Shown here one piece after another: positions 25,784 to 34,745 of a stretch of DNA of 64,000 bases. This DNA comes from a virus. The DNA is taken from positions 32,001 through 96,000 of IMG/VR virus record IMGVR_UViG_3300044730_001822; one strand, 5' to 3'. The notes below the pieces were generated by a model. That model was not told the DNA's origin. It made no database searches and saw only the letters and a list, made by a program, of their open reading frames with translations. A program made the translations under genes and the position numbers. Numbering within the stretch: position 1 is the first letter of the stretch; each line of letters starts with the position of its first letter.

Positions 25784-27391
25784 TTATGTTGGCCATGCCA
25801 ACAAGTTATAACTGACTCCACCAATGGTAATAGTCACGGTCTTGACAGTAGCCGGGGCTGCATTTGCTGCGCCGCTGATAGTAATACTGGCATAGTCCAG
25901 CGTGTTACCATTTACCACAACAAGATTACCATTGTAAGTGTTGGCATCTTCGGGTACTACTTTATCAATGCTACCAATGGCCAGTATACCTGCATTCGCG
26001 CCAATGTCGCCCGTGAGATTAATATTACCGTTGACTTCTAGTTGATATTCTTCGTAGGCATTTCCAACGCCGGTATTTATAATCAGTGGAACACCACATT
26101 GAATATTACTGGTATTGTTGGCTAAATCTACAATATAATTGAATTCGTTTAGGCCTTCGGTGGCGTTGCCACCGTTGTATTGGAATGCACCAACGTTGCC
26201 TGCAGGCGTAGCAGTGATGTTGCCAAACAATAAAGCACCGTTGCCGCTGGTCAAAAGTGCTTGACCAGCATCTCCTCCGTAGATCATGACATTGCCAGCA
26301 TCGCCAAGATTGGCCGAAGATGCCACTGTTATAGCATTGGGGTTGAAGTTTCCAGTGTAAGTGGGCAAGTAGTTGGCTACATTGGCATTACTATAGTTAA
26401 GATTAGACAGTTGACTGCCGTCGCCAACAAAATAGTTGGCAGTTATGTTGCCCAACAAAGTAACTTGGGCAGTGGCCACATCAAAGGTAAATTGGCTATC
26501 TGAATCAGCATTGCCATCGTTGTTGAATATAACACCAGAATTTGGTCCAGGCACTATGAGATTGCCAATGACATTGCCTAGTATGTTACCGTATAGATTG
26601 CCAATGACATTGCCTGCTGAGATATTGGCCTGAGTAGTGATATTGCCCAGGCCAATTGATAAGTTAATGGTAGTGTTACTTTCTAGATATGTTTTGACAT
26701 TGGTATTATCATAGCCACCGTTGGCTGTGCGGATATTGCCAAAAAAGTATCCGCCATTGCTGCCGCTGGATATAGACCAAATATTGCCGCTGACATTTAG
26801 TCTTCCTGTGATGTCAACGTTGCTGCCAAACAAAGCCTGTCCAGCCACATTTGAGTCGCCGCCTATGTTGGCATAACCACCGACAGTGATATTTCCAGCA
26901 AGACCGGCGCTGCCGTTTGAAACTATGTTTTGCACTCTGATATTACCAGCCCAGAGGTTGCCGTAGTCGACCACTGATACTATGTCGTTGCTGATGGTGT
27001 TGTTAGATGCTATGATAAGATTGCCAGTGGAATTGTCCCAACCAAAAAATGCATTACCACGATTGGTTTGATAGTACTCAAGATAAAGACCACGGTCTCT
27101 ACCATCATCTACAGTCAAAGGCTGGCCATTGGGGCCTGTGCCTGCAATAATAATGGGATCTTCAACCACCAGTGTGTTGGCGTTGATATAACTGATGTTG
27201 CCTTGCACCCGAAGATTACCTTCAATGATAGAATCTCCCAAAGTCAATGTATTACCGTAGAAATTGACTTGTGTGCTGTAAATTTCAGTGTTGGCATTAC
27301 CCCTGCGGACATTACCAACTATAGATTGATATATCTCCGAAGATCCAGTGAATATGGTATAGGTGCCCGAAGTGCGTTTTGATGATGGCAT
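25784..27391 (-). CDS. Gly/Asn-rich fibre-like structural protein (535 aa)
   Basis: Motifs GNL.VQGN, VEDPII, DRG..., FGWD. Shares the YFVGDGSQL...ANVANYLPTY repeat with the 1518-aa fibre. Confidence 0.7.
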   Translation of the reverse strand: MPSSKRTSGTYTIFTGSSEIYQSIVGNVRRGNANTEIYSTQVNFYGNTLTLGDSIIEGNLRVQGNISYINANTLVVEDPIIIAGTGPNGQPLTVDDGRDRGLYLEYYQTNRGNAFFGWDNSTGNLIIASNNTISNDIVSVVDYGNLWAGNIRVQNIVSNGSAGLAGNITVGGYANIGGDSNVAGQALFGSNVDITGRLNVSGNIWSISSGSNGGYFFGNIRTANGGYDNTNVKTYLESNTTINLSIGLGNITTQANISAGNVIGNLYGNILGNVIGNLIVPGPNSGVIFNNDGNADSDSQFTFDVATAQVTLLGNITANYFVGDGSQLSNLNYSNANVANYLPTYTGNFNPNAITVASSANLGDAGNVMIYGGDAGQALLTSGNGALLFGNITATPAGNVGAFQYNGGNATEGLNEFNYIVDLANNTSNIQCGVPLIINTGVGNAYEEYQLEVNGNINLTGDIGANAGILAIGSIDKVVPEDANTYNGNLVVVNGNTLDYASITISGAANAAPATVKTVTITIGGVSYNLLAWPT

Positions 27392-27434
27392 TCTTTATTA
27401 TCCAGTTTGTATTATTTAGTGGTTTTGCAAATGT

Positions 27435-27466
27435 AAAAAATCCCCGTATCTTGCGATGCCGGGGAT
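27435..27466 (-). terminator. Intrinsic terminator, GCAA loop
   Basis: The minus strand reads ATCCCCGGCATC-GCAA-GATACGGGGAT-TTTTT. Confidence 0.8.
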
Positions 27467-27488
27467 CCGTTGCAATACAACCGGTGAT

Positions 27489-27980
27489 TTAGGTGCTGGG
27501 GATCTGAACGATGTCAAATCTACCGCTGGTACCCGAACCGTCGGGCTGTACACTAGCGTTGGCTGTAGAAAATGTCAGATAGTGACCAACGTTGCTGAAA
27601 TCCACACCATAGTTGTTTTGGATATACTGCATGGTAACATTGGCAGCAGCAGCATCTGTGGCCACAATGGCCATTTGATTTTCTGTCAACGCAGCAACAT
27701 CATCGGTGTTGACCAGCACACAGATGTTGGCAAAGGCCTGCGTGGTATCTGTGGTCAGCGTGACCAGGAACTTGCGCTTGCCTTTTTGGCGGATGATGTA
27801 GGCTTCACCTGCGCCTGCACCGGGTACGTTAGCGATAACATTGGCAGCGATATACAGTGTGTTGCTGACCACTGTATTACCACCAACCACACCAACGTTG
27901 GGCGTGGATGTAGGATAACCAATGTCTACCTGCACGGATTGAGCAGTGTTATATTTTGCGATTTTGAGTGGGCGTCCCAT
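27489..27980 (-). CDS. Hypothetical structural protein (MGRPLKIAK...), possible capsid decoration
   Basis: Strong AAGGAGA SD, its own late promoter and terminator, and a YIIRQKGKRKFLV motif. Lies near the capsid gene. Confidence 0.7.
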   Translation of the reverse strand: MGRPLKIAKYNTAQSVQVDIGYPTSTPNVGVVGGNTVVSNTLYIAANVIANVPGAGAGEAYIIRQKGKRKFLVTLTTDTTQAFANICVLVNTDDVAALTENQMAIVATDAAAANVTMQYIQNNYGVDFSNVGHYLTFSTANASVQPDGSGTSGRFDIVQIPST

Positions 27981-28005
27981 TTATTTCTCCTTGTTTAGAT
28001 TGGGC

Positions 28006-28061
28006 TGACGTTCTAGGTCATACGCAGGGACCTGCATAAGTCTTGAGCGACTAGATATTTA
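28006..28061 (-). promoter_or_regulatory. Late promoter followed by a structured 5' leader (three short hairpins)
   Basis: The minus strand reads TAAATA-tct-AGTC(gctcaa)GACT-TATGCAG(gtcc)CTGCGTA-TGAC(ctagaac)GTCA. Confidence 0.55.
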
Positions 28062-28078
28062 GCGTCTGAGCAAGGAAT

Positions 28079-28360
28079 CTAAGGTGTGACCACAGTCATT
28101 TGCTGGGTCACAGGATCATAGTACAGTGGATAGGATCCTGCAGGAACCACATTGCCTGCGGACACAGCAATGCCGCTGGCAACCAAGGTCAACTGGCCCA
28201 GGCTGTTGCCTATGTAAAGATTGGTAGTGCCTTGTGCTACTACCAGTTCTCCGGGTCTGGCATTGCCATCGTAGTCCACGATAGATACCTGTGCATTGTC
28301 TTTCATGACAGCGCGGGTGATACCTGTTATATCACTGTAAGGAGGTGGTGAATTAGCCAT
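28079..28360 (-). CDS. Small hypothetical protein (93 aa)
   Basis: TAAATA lies 7 nt upstream of ATG. The GELVV....NLYIGN motif resembles fibre N-terminal domains. Confidence 0.7.
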   Translation of the reverse strand: MANSPPPYSDITGITRAVMKDNAQVSIVDYDGNARPGELVVAQGTTNLYIGNSLGQLTLVASGIAVSAGNVVPAGSYPLYYDPVTQQMTVVTP

Positions 28361-28383
28361 AGTGTTGTATTTATTAGATCAAC

Positions 28384-28408
28384 AAAAAGCCCCTTGCGGG
28401 GCTCTTTT
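28384..28408 (-). terminator. Intrinsic terminator, GCAA loop
   Basis: The minus strand reads AGCCCC-GCAA-GGGGCT-TTTT. Confidence 0.85.
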
Positions 28409-28628
28409 ACTGCTGGCTTACAAACCGGTTGAGTTTTTCAGCTTCTGCTATCACTGTGTCGGTTGTGGGAAAATCCGGCAGTGCAGGAAAGTGGGCAGAC
28501 TTGTCGCTTTCAAATCGGCTGTGGAATTCCTGGATCAGTGCATCGCGGCGCTGGAAGATGGGTGTTACCAATACTTCGTTGGCCAGCTTGAGTAGTTCGA
28601 GACGAATCTCGTAAGGTGTTTTGCTCAT
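28407..28628 (-). CDS. Small hypothetical protein (73 aa; start revised to MSKTPYEIRLELLK)
   Basis: AAGGAG SD before ATG 28628. A TAAGTA promoter variant and an AC-rich leader lie upstream. Confidence 0.75.
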   Translation of the reverse strand: MSKTPYEIRLELLKLANEVLVTPIFQRRDALIQEFHSRFESDKSAHFPALPDFPTTDTVIAEAEKLNRFVSQQ

Positions 28629-28701
28629 GGTAGACTCCTTTCTGTGTGATGTGTATGTGCTACACGAGCAACAATACTTAGCGGTAGATTTTGTAGTCAA
28701 C

Positions 28702-28727
28702 AAAAAAGCACCTTGCGGTGCTTCTTT
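28702..28727 (-). terminator. Intrinsic terminator after the major capsid gene, GCAA loop
   Basis: The minus strand reads AAGCACC-GCAA-GGTGCTT-TTTT. Confidence 0.85.
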
Positions 28728-28766
28728 GTCCTTCCCATCCCTGAGAAGTAAACTTTGATTCTCTGA

Positions 28767-29960
28767 TTAGGAGAAAGAAAGATTCTGAACAGCGATCTCG
28801 CCAACATAGTCGCCTGCGTTGCCGAAGGACGATGCTGTGTTCGTGAGTTCGATATACCCGTAACGAGTCATAAACGAAACGACTGGCTCGAATGTGCTGG
28901 GATCCAGAACAACACCGCTTGACATCAAAGGAATGTATGGGCAGTAGAATGCTGGAGCATCAGCTTCGCTGGAGCCTTTGTAGCCAACCAGAACTGGTGT
29001 TGAGTCGTTAGCATAGCTATCAACATAAACACGCATAGCACTGTTGAGTGTACCAACAAACTTGGTGTTTGTGGGTGCTTCAAATGTGCCTTCTGTTGTG
29101 CGAGCAAAAGCAGAAGTTGTTGCGCTCTGGAGCACTGTCAAGGAAGCGGGCGAAACTACAGCGTAGTTGCCTGCACCACGACGTGTGCGCTGAGCGATCA
29201 GGTTAGCAACACGATTGATCAGAACTGCCAGTGCGGCGTGCTCATCACCAACGTAGGTTGCTGTACCAGAAACGGTAGCCTGGTTGTATGTGAACTCTGT
29301 TGCAGCCAATGAACGCAGGCTCAGCAGGATCTCTTGGTCGATTTCAGTTGTGATCTCTTGTGCGAGAGCAGCCATGATTTCGGCCTCGACATCGATACCG
29401 TGCATTGCTTGTGCGTCTTGTGCAGCTTCAAATGTCCAACGAGCCTGGAGCTTACGTGTCTTGGCTTCAACGGCCTGCTTCAGGATTTGAACGGAAATCT
29501 TACGACCGCCGTCGCCTTCTAAAGCTGCTGTGTTTGAACCAGTGTAAGTGCTCTGAGTTGCGCTTGTGCTTGCACCAGCAGAGTATGCTGTTGCAATCAA
29601 GAACGGGCTCAGTGCTTCCTGGCCAGCTGTGACAGATGTCTGTGCAGCTGATGTGTCTGTCATGCTTTGTGCATAACGAACACGCAGAGTGTGGATCTGA
29701 CCAACGGGGCCAGTCATGGGCTGTACACCAACGAGTTCGTTGGCAATAACAGTTGGCATAACACGGCGGATCACTGGAAGGATCACACGATTCAGTGTAG
29801 CGATATTACCGCTAACTGTGGTACCTGCAGATGACTCTTTCAGGTACTTGCGAGTGTTTTCTAAAACTACACCCATTGTGCTGCGACGGGAACCATTGAG
29901 TCCTTCTAGTAGGGCTTCTTTGGTCTCGTCCCAACGGCTTTCTAACAGTTCTTGTGACAT
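28767..29960 (-). CDS. gp23: Major capsid protein, T4 gp23-like
   Basis: Motifs LPVIRRVMP..IANELVGVQPMTGPVGQI..LR, VEAKTRKL.A.W..E.AQD..A.HG.D.E, EI..EID.EI, FYCPYIPL, DP.TFEP...FMTRYG. Confidence 0.97.
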   Translation of the reverse strand: MSQELLESRWDETKEALLEGLNGSRRSTMGVVLENTRKYLKESSAGTTVSGNIATLNRVILPVIRRVMPTVIANELVGVQPMTGPVGQIHTLRVRYAQSMTDTSAAQTSVTAGQEALSPFLIATAYSAGASTSATQSTYTGSNTAALEGDGGRKISVQILKQAVEAKTRKLQARWTFEAAQDAQAMHGIDVEAEIMAALAQEITTEIDQEILLSLRSLAATEFTYNQATVSGTATYVGDEHAALAVLINRVANLIAQRTRRGAGNYAVVSPASLTVLQSATTSAFARTTEGTFEAPTNTKFVGTLNSAMRVYVDSYANDSTPVLVGYKGSSEADAPAFYCPYIPLMSSGVVLDPSTFEPVVSFMTRYGYIELTNTASSFGNAGDYVGEIAVQNLSFS

Positions 29961-29987
29961 GATTCTCTCCTGTTTCTTGTCGTAAGA

Positions 29988-31088
29988 TTAAAGCCCTGCC
30001 AGTCTCTTGAGCTCAATGACGTTTGATGCGTCATCAGACTTGGGTTTGACGGCAGATTTATCACCAGTGACTTCTTTGTGTACGCTTTCGGTAATGGTCT
30101 GTTTTGCAACAGCCACTTTCCGAGCGGCGTTCTCAAGAACTGCTGGTAGATACTTTTCAAAAGCAGTGCGAAGACGAGGTGTTTGCACGCTTTCTAGTAA
30201 GTTACGCATGATTTCTGCTTTTTCCTCGTTTAAAGGATTAAGCAATTCATCCATAGTGCGGCTACGCTCTGTGGACTCCTTGATCATACGAACTTCACGT
30301 TCCTTGTTCTCAACCAATACTTTGGCAGCATTAGTTGATTCAATGGCTTCGGCCAATTTCTGTTCTTTGTCAGCAATCACAGCCCGGAGCTTGCGTACTT
30401 CGGCATTCTCATTGAGATGAGTGCCTGCAAACTCTGTGACATATGCTTCAAAGATACGACGACCAAAATTGTTCTCGCGAGCAATTTTAACGTCTTCTTT
30501 GAGCTGAGTAAGTTCAGAACGTAGATGTTCAGCAACACGCTGACCTAACTTGGCAGCAGATTCTTTTACAAACTGCTGTTTCAATGCTGTGAGTTGCTTC
30601 TTGGCTTCAGACACAAGTTTGACTTTGGTGTTAACCACGTCACGCTTGTCCTGGGCAAATTCAGTAATCTCACGAGCCAAAGCTTCAATCACAAACTTTT
30701 CCAAACGGTCCACGCTCTCGGTGTGAGTGCGACGGTCCGAACGTAGTTCTTTGATTTCCTCAGCAAGTTTACCAACCATGAAGTTGTTGAACTTCTCGGC
30801 TGATTCTTTCATCTTGACTTGGAAACGCACACGGTCTTCATTGAGACCACGGCGCTCTTCTTGGAACTCTTGTAATTCGGCTTGGAGGCCTTCGGTTACC
30901 ATGCGATCTAGGGCTTCGACCATAACTGACTTGTCATGCTCATAGCGTTGTGCAAATTCCTCGCGGAGTTCTGCACGCACCTGCTCACGAGCTTCATTTA
31001 GTTTGGCCTCAAATGCTTCTGTGATGGCTTCACCAGTTGACTCGTTGATCAGTTGGCTATCTAGCAATGGTTTGATTGCGTCTAGCAT
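29988..31088 (-). CDS. gp22: Prohead core scaffolding protein, gp22-like
   Basis: Long coiled-coil, E/K-rich protein with GRRIFEAY, located between the protease and capsid genes. Confidence 0.8.
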   Translation of the reverse strand: MLDAIKPLLDSQLINESTGEAITEAFEAKLNEAREQVRAELREEFAQRYEHDKSVMVEALDRMVTEGLQAELQEFQEERRGLNEDRVRFQVKMKESAEKFNNFMVGKLAEEIKELRSDRRTHTESVDRLEKFVIEALAREITEFAQDKRDVVNTKVKLVSEAKKQLTALKQQFVKESAAKLGQRVAEHLRSELTQLKEDVKIARENNFGRRIFEAYVTEFAGTHLNENAEVRKLRAVIADKEQKLAEAIESTNAAKVLVENKEREVRMIKESTERSRTMDELLNPLNEEKAEIMRNLLESVQTPRLRTAFEKYLPAVLENAARKVAVAKQTITESVHKEVTGDKSAVKPKSDDASNVIELKRLAGL

Positions 31089-31097
31089 TACGATCTC

Positions 31098-31748
31098 CTA
31101 AATCTTCAGATCCTTGATGAACTTTACAATCTCGTTCTTCAAGTGTTTCTGTGCAAGTGTGTCACCGCCCACAGCATTCTTGCTCATATCAAACATTCTA
31201 TGTCCGTATCTCATGTTCATGAGGCTTTCATACACTGTTCGAGGATAAGCGTTTGGTGCTGATGGCTGTGCCACGATGTCGACAGTGACGATTTCAAAGT
31301 CACTGACACGTCCGGTCGCGTCATCAACATTACCTGATCCGCGACTCGAAACTCCTAATTTCACACCCGACTGCAGCATTGTATCAACTAACTTGCCCAT
31401 GGGTGTGGGTAACAACTTCAGTTTACCTATGCCGTTGGGGCCATCCATCCACATTTTCTGGATCATATGGCTCACACGGTCTAGATTAATTTTTAAATCT
31501 TCTGGATGATCTACTTCACCGCATACAGAGAAACCACCGTTGATCTGCTCATTGAGCTGATCCACTGCTGATCTGATCTGTTGCACTGGGTATACTCGTC
31601 CGTTGGCGTTTTTAACGTCACCCTGGATAAAGATGCCTTCCATGAAAGTGGAAGGCTCTTTACCTGGAGCTTCTTCTCGGCTCTCAACTACGATCTTAGC
31701 AGCATCGTAACTGAGAACTTCTTGTAAGTGACGGTTCCCTTTAAACAT
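31098..31748 (-). CDS. gp21: Prohead protease, gp21-like
   Basis: Motifs GIFIQGDVKNANGRVYP, GE.DHP, RVSH, L.TPMG, LGVSSRG.G, DIVA.PSAP.AY. Confidence 0.95.
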   Translation of the reverse strand: MFKGNRHLQEVLSYDAAKIVVESREEAPGKEPSTFMEGIFIQGDVKNANGRVYPVQQIRSAVDQLNEQINGGFSVCGEVDHPEDLKINLDRVSHMIQKMWMDGPNGIGKLKLLPTPMGKLVDTMLQSGVKLGVSSRGSGNVDDATGRVSDFEIVTVDIVAQPSAPNAYPRTVYESLMNMRYGHRMFDMSKNAVGGDTLAQKHLKNEIVKFIKDLKI

Positions 31749-31753
31749 CTAAA

Positions 31754-32614
31754 TTAACTCTTGATTGCCTTCAAAGGACTCTTGGTATTAACACCCGAAG
31801 CCTGGCTCAGCGTGGGCTTGGTAGCAGGTTTCATGGGAGCCATGTTTTTGCCAGCAGTGTTCTGCAGGCCAGACTCAATGTCAGGTGCTTTTTGTGTTGT
31901 TGGTGCCTTGGTACCATCGGGATTCTCGGCAGTAAACTTGCTGGAAGCAGGTTTGGCCACCGAACCAGTTACACTGGCGCCGGCATTGTTAGCGTTTGGG
32001 CTTTTGGAGTCAACACGCAGTTTGTCACCGCCTGTTGTGCCTTGGCCTGCCAAACGATCACCACGGTCAACAGCAACTTTTTGTAGTTGAACGTTTTCTG
32101 CTAGGCTTTCCTCAACTTCTTCTTCTTCGGCTTCTACTTCTGAACCCATGGTCATTTCATCGTCTTCTTCGCCGTCGACCATACCATCGTCGCCGCCAAT
32201 GACTTCTTCAAATTTGGCCAGTAGTTCGTCTAGTTTGCTGTCAATGCTGGCGATATCACCTTCGAGATCGCCGCCTGCGCCCATTTCGTCGGCAAAATCA
32301 TCGCCGCCAACCATTTCTTCTTCGGCACCCATGTCCATGACTTCTTCGTCATCTTCCATGGCTGTTTCGTCAGCATCAACATTGGCGCTGATGTCGTTCA
32401 ACAGTTGATCTGCTGCGTCGCCGCCCATTTCCATGGACTCATCCATTTCCTCTTCGGACTCGTCCTCATCGGACTCTTCTTTGAGTTCTTCTGCCATGAG
32501 ATCTTCATAGATACCACGGCTTTTTTCCACTACGATTTCGTGAAAAAGGTCACGGGCCTTTTGTTCTTCGTCGTTAATGACGTACTCAATGAGTTTTTCA
32601 AACTTGCTTGACAT
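31754..32614 (-). CDS. Acidic prohead core protein
   Basis: Very D/E/M-rich central region with multiple hydrophobic-X-E motifs. Lies between portal and protease, the position of T4 gp67/68. Confidence 0.65.
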   Translation of the reverse strand: MSSKFEKLIEYVINDEEQKARDLFHEIVVEKSRGIYEDLMAEELKEESDEDESEEEMDESMEMGGDAADQLLNDISANVDADETAMEDDEEVMDMGAEEEMVGGDDFADEMGAGGDLEGDIASIDSKLDELLAKFEEVIGGDDGMVDGEEDDEMTMGSEVEAEEEEVEESLAENVQLQKVAVDRGDRLAGQGTTGGDKLRVDSKSPNANNAGASVTGSVAKPASSKFTAENPDGTKAPTTQKAPDIESGLQNTAGKNMAPMKPATKPTLSQASGVNTKSPLKAIKS

Positions 32615-32668
32615 TTTTGGTTCCTTTTCTAGAATAAGGGTTGTGTAGAGTTATTTACTGCACATATT

Positions 32669-32696
32669 AAAAAACCAGCAACTTATGGCTGGTTTT
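32669..32696 (-). terminator. Intrinsic terminator
   Basis: The minus strand reads AAAACCAGC-cataagtt-GCTGGTTTTTT. Confidence 0.7.
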
Positions 32697-32733
32697 CTGG
32701 TAGAAATATTTATGTATTATGACTTGGGCTGTA

Positions 32734-32955
32734 TCATAAGCCCGGCACAGCAGGAGGAGGTGCATACTGTTTGCGAATATACTTTAATTTCTCATCGTAC
32801 TCAAATTTACGCACTTCTTGCATACGGCGTATTTTATTGATCTGTGACAGAGTTAGTTTGGTTTTACGCAGCTGGCGCAGTTTAGGACGGCTGTTGTCGT
32901 CTTCTAGATCCTGGAAGCCTTCGGGCTCTTTGTCAAATAGTTCAAGAAAATTCAT
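32734..32955 (-). CDS. Small basic head-associated protein (73 aa)
   Basis: RKTKLTLSQINKIRRM...QY. Follows the portal gene, with TAAATA 5 nt upstream. Confidence 0.7.
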   Translation of the reverse strand: MNFLELFDKEPEGFQDLEDDNSRPKLRQLRKTKLTLSQINKIRRMQEVRKFEYDEKLKYIRKQYAPPPAVPGL

Positions 32956-32976
32956 AATGATATTTACTTGATTTTG

Positions 32977-34710
32977 TCAAACTGCTGGTGGTGCGCCAGG
33001 CGCAGTGGTAGTGCTGGCTGCAGGTGGTGCACCTGGAGGTGCTCCAAGATCAGCTCCACCTAGTTCTCCAGCACCTGCACCTTCGGGCGGCAGTCCTGCA
33101 AGATCTGCATCAAATCCTCCGGGACTGATGCCCACTGAACGCAGTTCTGAACCCTGGCTGCCTTGTGCTGCAGGCTCGTCGCGCTCTTCGCGCCACATTT
33201 CTTCGTTTTCCAACACTTCTTCTTCGGTCAGGCCCAGATAACGTTTCAACAAGAAACGCTTGCTCATATAAGGCAGTGGTTCCAAGGTGGTAAAAGTGCT
33301 GACCCTGCTGGTGTCCAACTCTGCTTCACGATAAGCAGCAAAGTTCTGCGGTGGGTTGAATTCCAGATCAAACAAACTGGAATCAATGTTGAATCCACGC
33401 CAGCGCATGAACATCTTGAACTCATCATCCAACTTGTGCAGGATCAACTGCTGTAATCGTTTGCAGTATTCGTTGAAACGGAATTCTTGTATCAAGGCTG
33501 TGCCCACACGCCCATCGCTGAGTGGTGTGGTGGAGTCATCGGGACCAGTGGGCAGGTAAGATGAGGGCACACGCAGTCCACGCATCATCATGTTGTTGAA
33601 ATACTTGAGATCGTCGATCTCGCCCACGGCCTGGCCACCCTGCAGCATTTCCACACGAGATCCGCGACCTTCTGCTGTCTGTGGGAAAAAGTAATCTTCG
33701 TTGATGCTGAGTGGATTGTAGGTAGCATCTAGGATGTTCATTGAGCCACCGGTCAAAGTAGGAATACGTCGCTGATGTATTTCATTTTTCACACGCTCAA
33801 CAAACTGCATGGCTAAATGGCTAGGCATATTGCCCACGTCGATGTAAAACACACGCCGCTCTGGAGCACGCTGAACACGATAGATCAGGATAGAATCTTC
33901 CAAGAGTTCTTTCTGCTTGTAGACTTTGAAAATGCTTTCTAGTATGCTTTGTCCAAATGGCCAGTAAAAGTCCAAGCCCTCTGACAGACTCAGATGCACC
34001 ACGTGCTCGGCAGCGATAGCTGATTCGTTTTGGCTGAGACTAAAACGTGATCCTTGATTGAACGGATTCGAAGGCACTGTATAGCCTGGCTGTCCGCCCC
34101 AGGAGCCCTGCTGTGGCTGATTGGCATAGGCAGCGTCAGTGGCAATGGCTGAGATAGTCAAGTTCTGGAAGTTGGGGTTGATGTCACGCACAATGTACTG
34201 CTCAGGGCGCTTGCCTTCTGATTCGTTCACGATCACGCGGCTGACTTTGGTCATGTCCACATAGTACAGTTCAAAGGTCTGTGGATCACGGATAAACACC
34301 TGATCGCCGTACTTGATCACATTGCGGAACATTTTGAACATACGCTGATCAAACTTGTTGAGTTTGACCCAGGCCTGTAACTGTTCTTTGATGATTTTTA
34401 TTTCGTGATCTGTGGCTTTTTCCTTGTACTTGACATTGAAACTGGTGCCGTTTTGCAGGTTCTTTTGCGTGCTAAATTCAGAGATAATGTCCAAACAGGC
34501 ATTGATCTGTGCATCAGTGTCCATGGCTTCATACTGATTGTAGCGCTCGATACGGTTGGGATGACCCGAATACACTTCGGGCAGTCGGCTGGCATAGTTA
34601 CGGAAACCAAAATCTGCGCCATAGTTACGGCTCTGCGCTGTGCTGCCTGATATGGGGCTCATGGAGCCATCGCCAGGATTGGCTACTTTAAAGTGTTTTT
34701 TCCAAGACAT
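32977..34710 (-). CDS. gp20: Portal protein, gp20-like
   Basis: Motifs LLEDSILIYRVQRAPERRVFYIDVGNMP, EDYFFP...GRG..VE.L.GG, DL.YF, L.VP.S.L, E.RF..YC.RLQ. Confidence 0.96.
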   Translation of the reverse strand: MSWKKHFKVANPGDGSMSPISGSTAQSRNYGADFGFRNYASRLPEVYSGHPNRIERYNQYEAMDTDAQINACLDIISEFSTQKNLQNGTSFNVKYKEKATDHEIKIIKEQLQAWVKLNKFDQRMFKMFRNVIKYGDQVFIRDPQTFELYYVDMTKVSRVIVNESEGKRPEQYIVRDINPNFQNLTISAIATDAAYANQPQQGSWGGQPGYTVPSNPFNQGSRFSLSQNESAIAAEHVVHLSLSEGLDFYWPFGQSILESIFKVYKQKELLEDSILIYRVQRAPERRVFYIDVGNMPSHLAMQFVERVKNEIHQRRIPTLTGGSMNILDATYNPLSINEDYFFPQTAEGRGSRVEMLQGGQAVGEIDDLKYFNNMMMRGLRVPSSYLPTGPDDSTTPLSDGRVGTALIQEFRFNEYCKRLQQLILHKLDDEFKMFMRWRGFNIDSSLFDLEFNPPQNFAAYREAELDTSRVSTFTTLEPLPYMSKRFLLKRYLGLTEEEVLENEEMWREERDEPAAQGSQGSELRSVGISPGGFDADLAGLPPEGAGAGELGGADLGAPPGAPPAASTTTAPGAPPAV

Positions 34711-34745
34711 TTGTGTGTGGTATCCTTGCTATTACTTAGCGGGGA

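Noticed and set aside
18816-27391. Diversity-generating retroelement acting on fibre or lectin genes
   Set aside because: No reverse transcriptase and no TR/VR pair differing at adenines were seen in this window.
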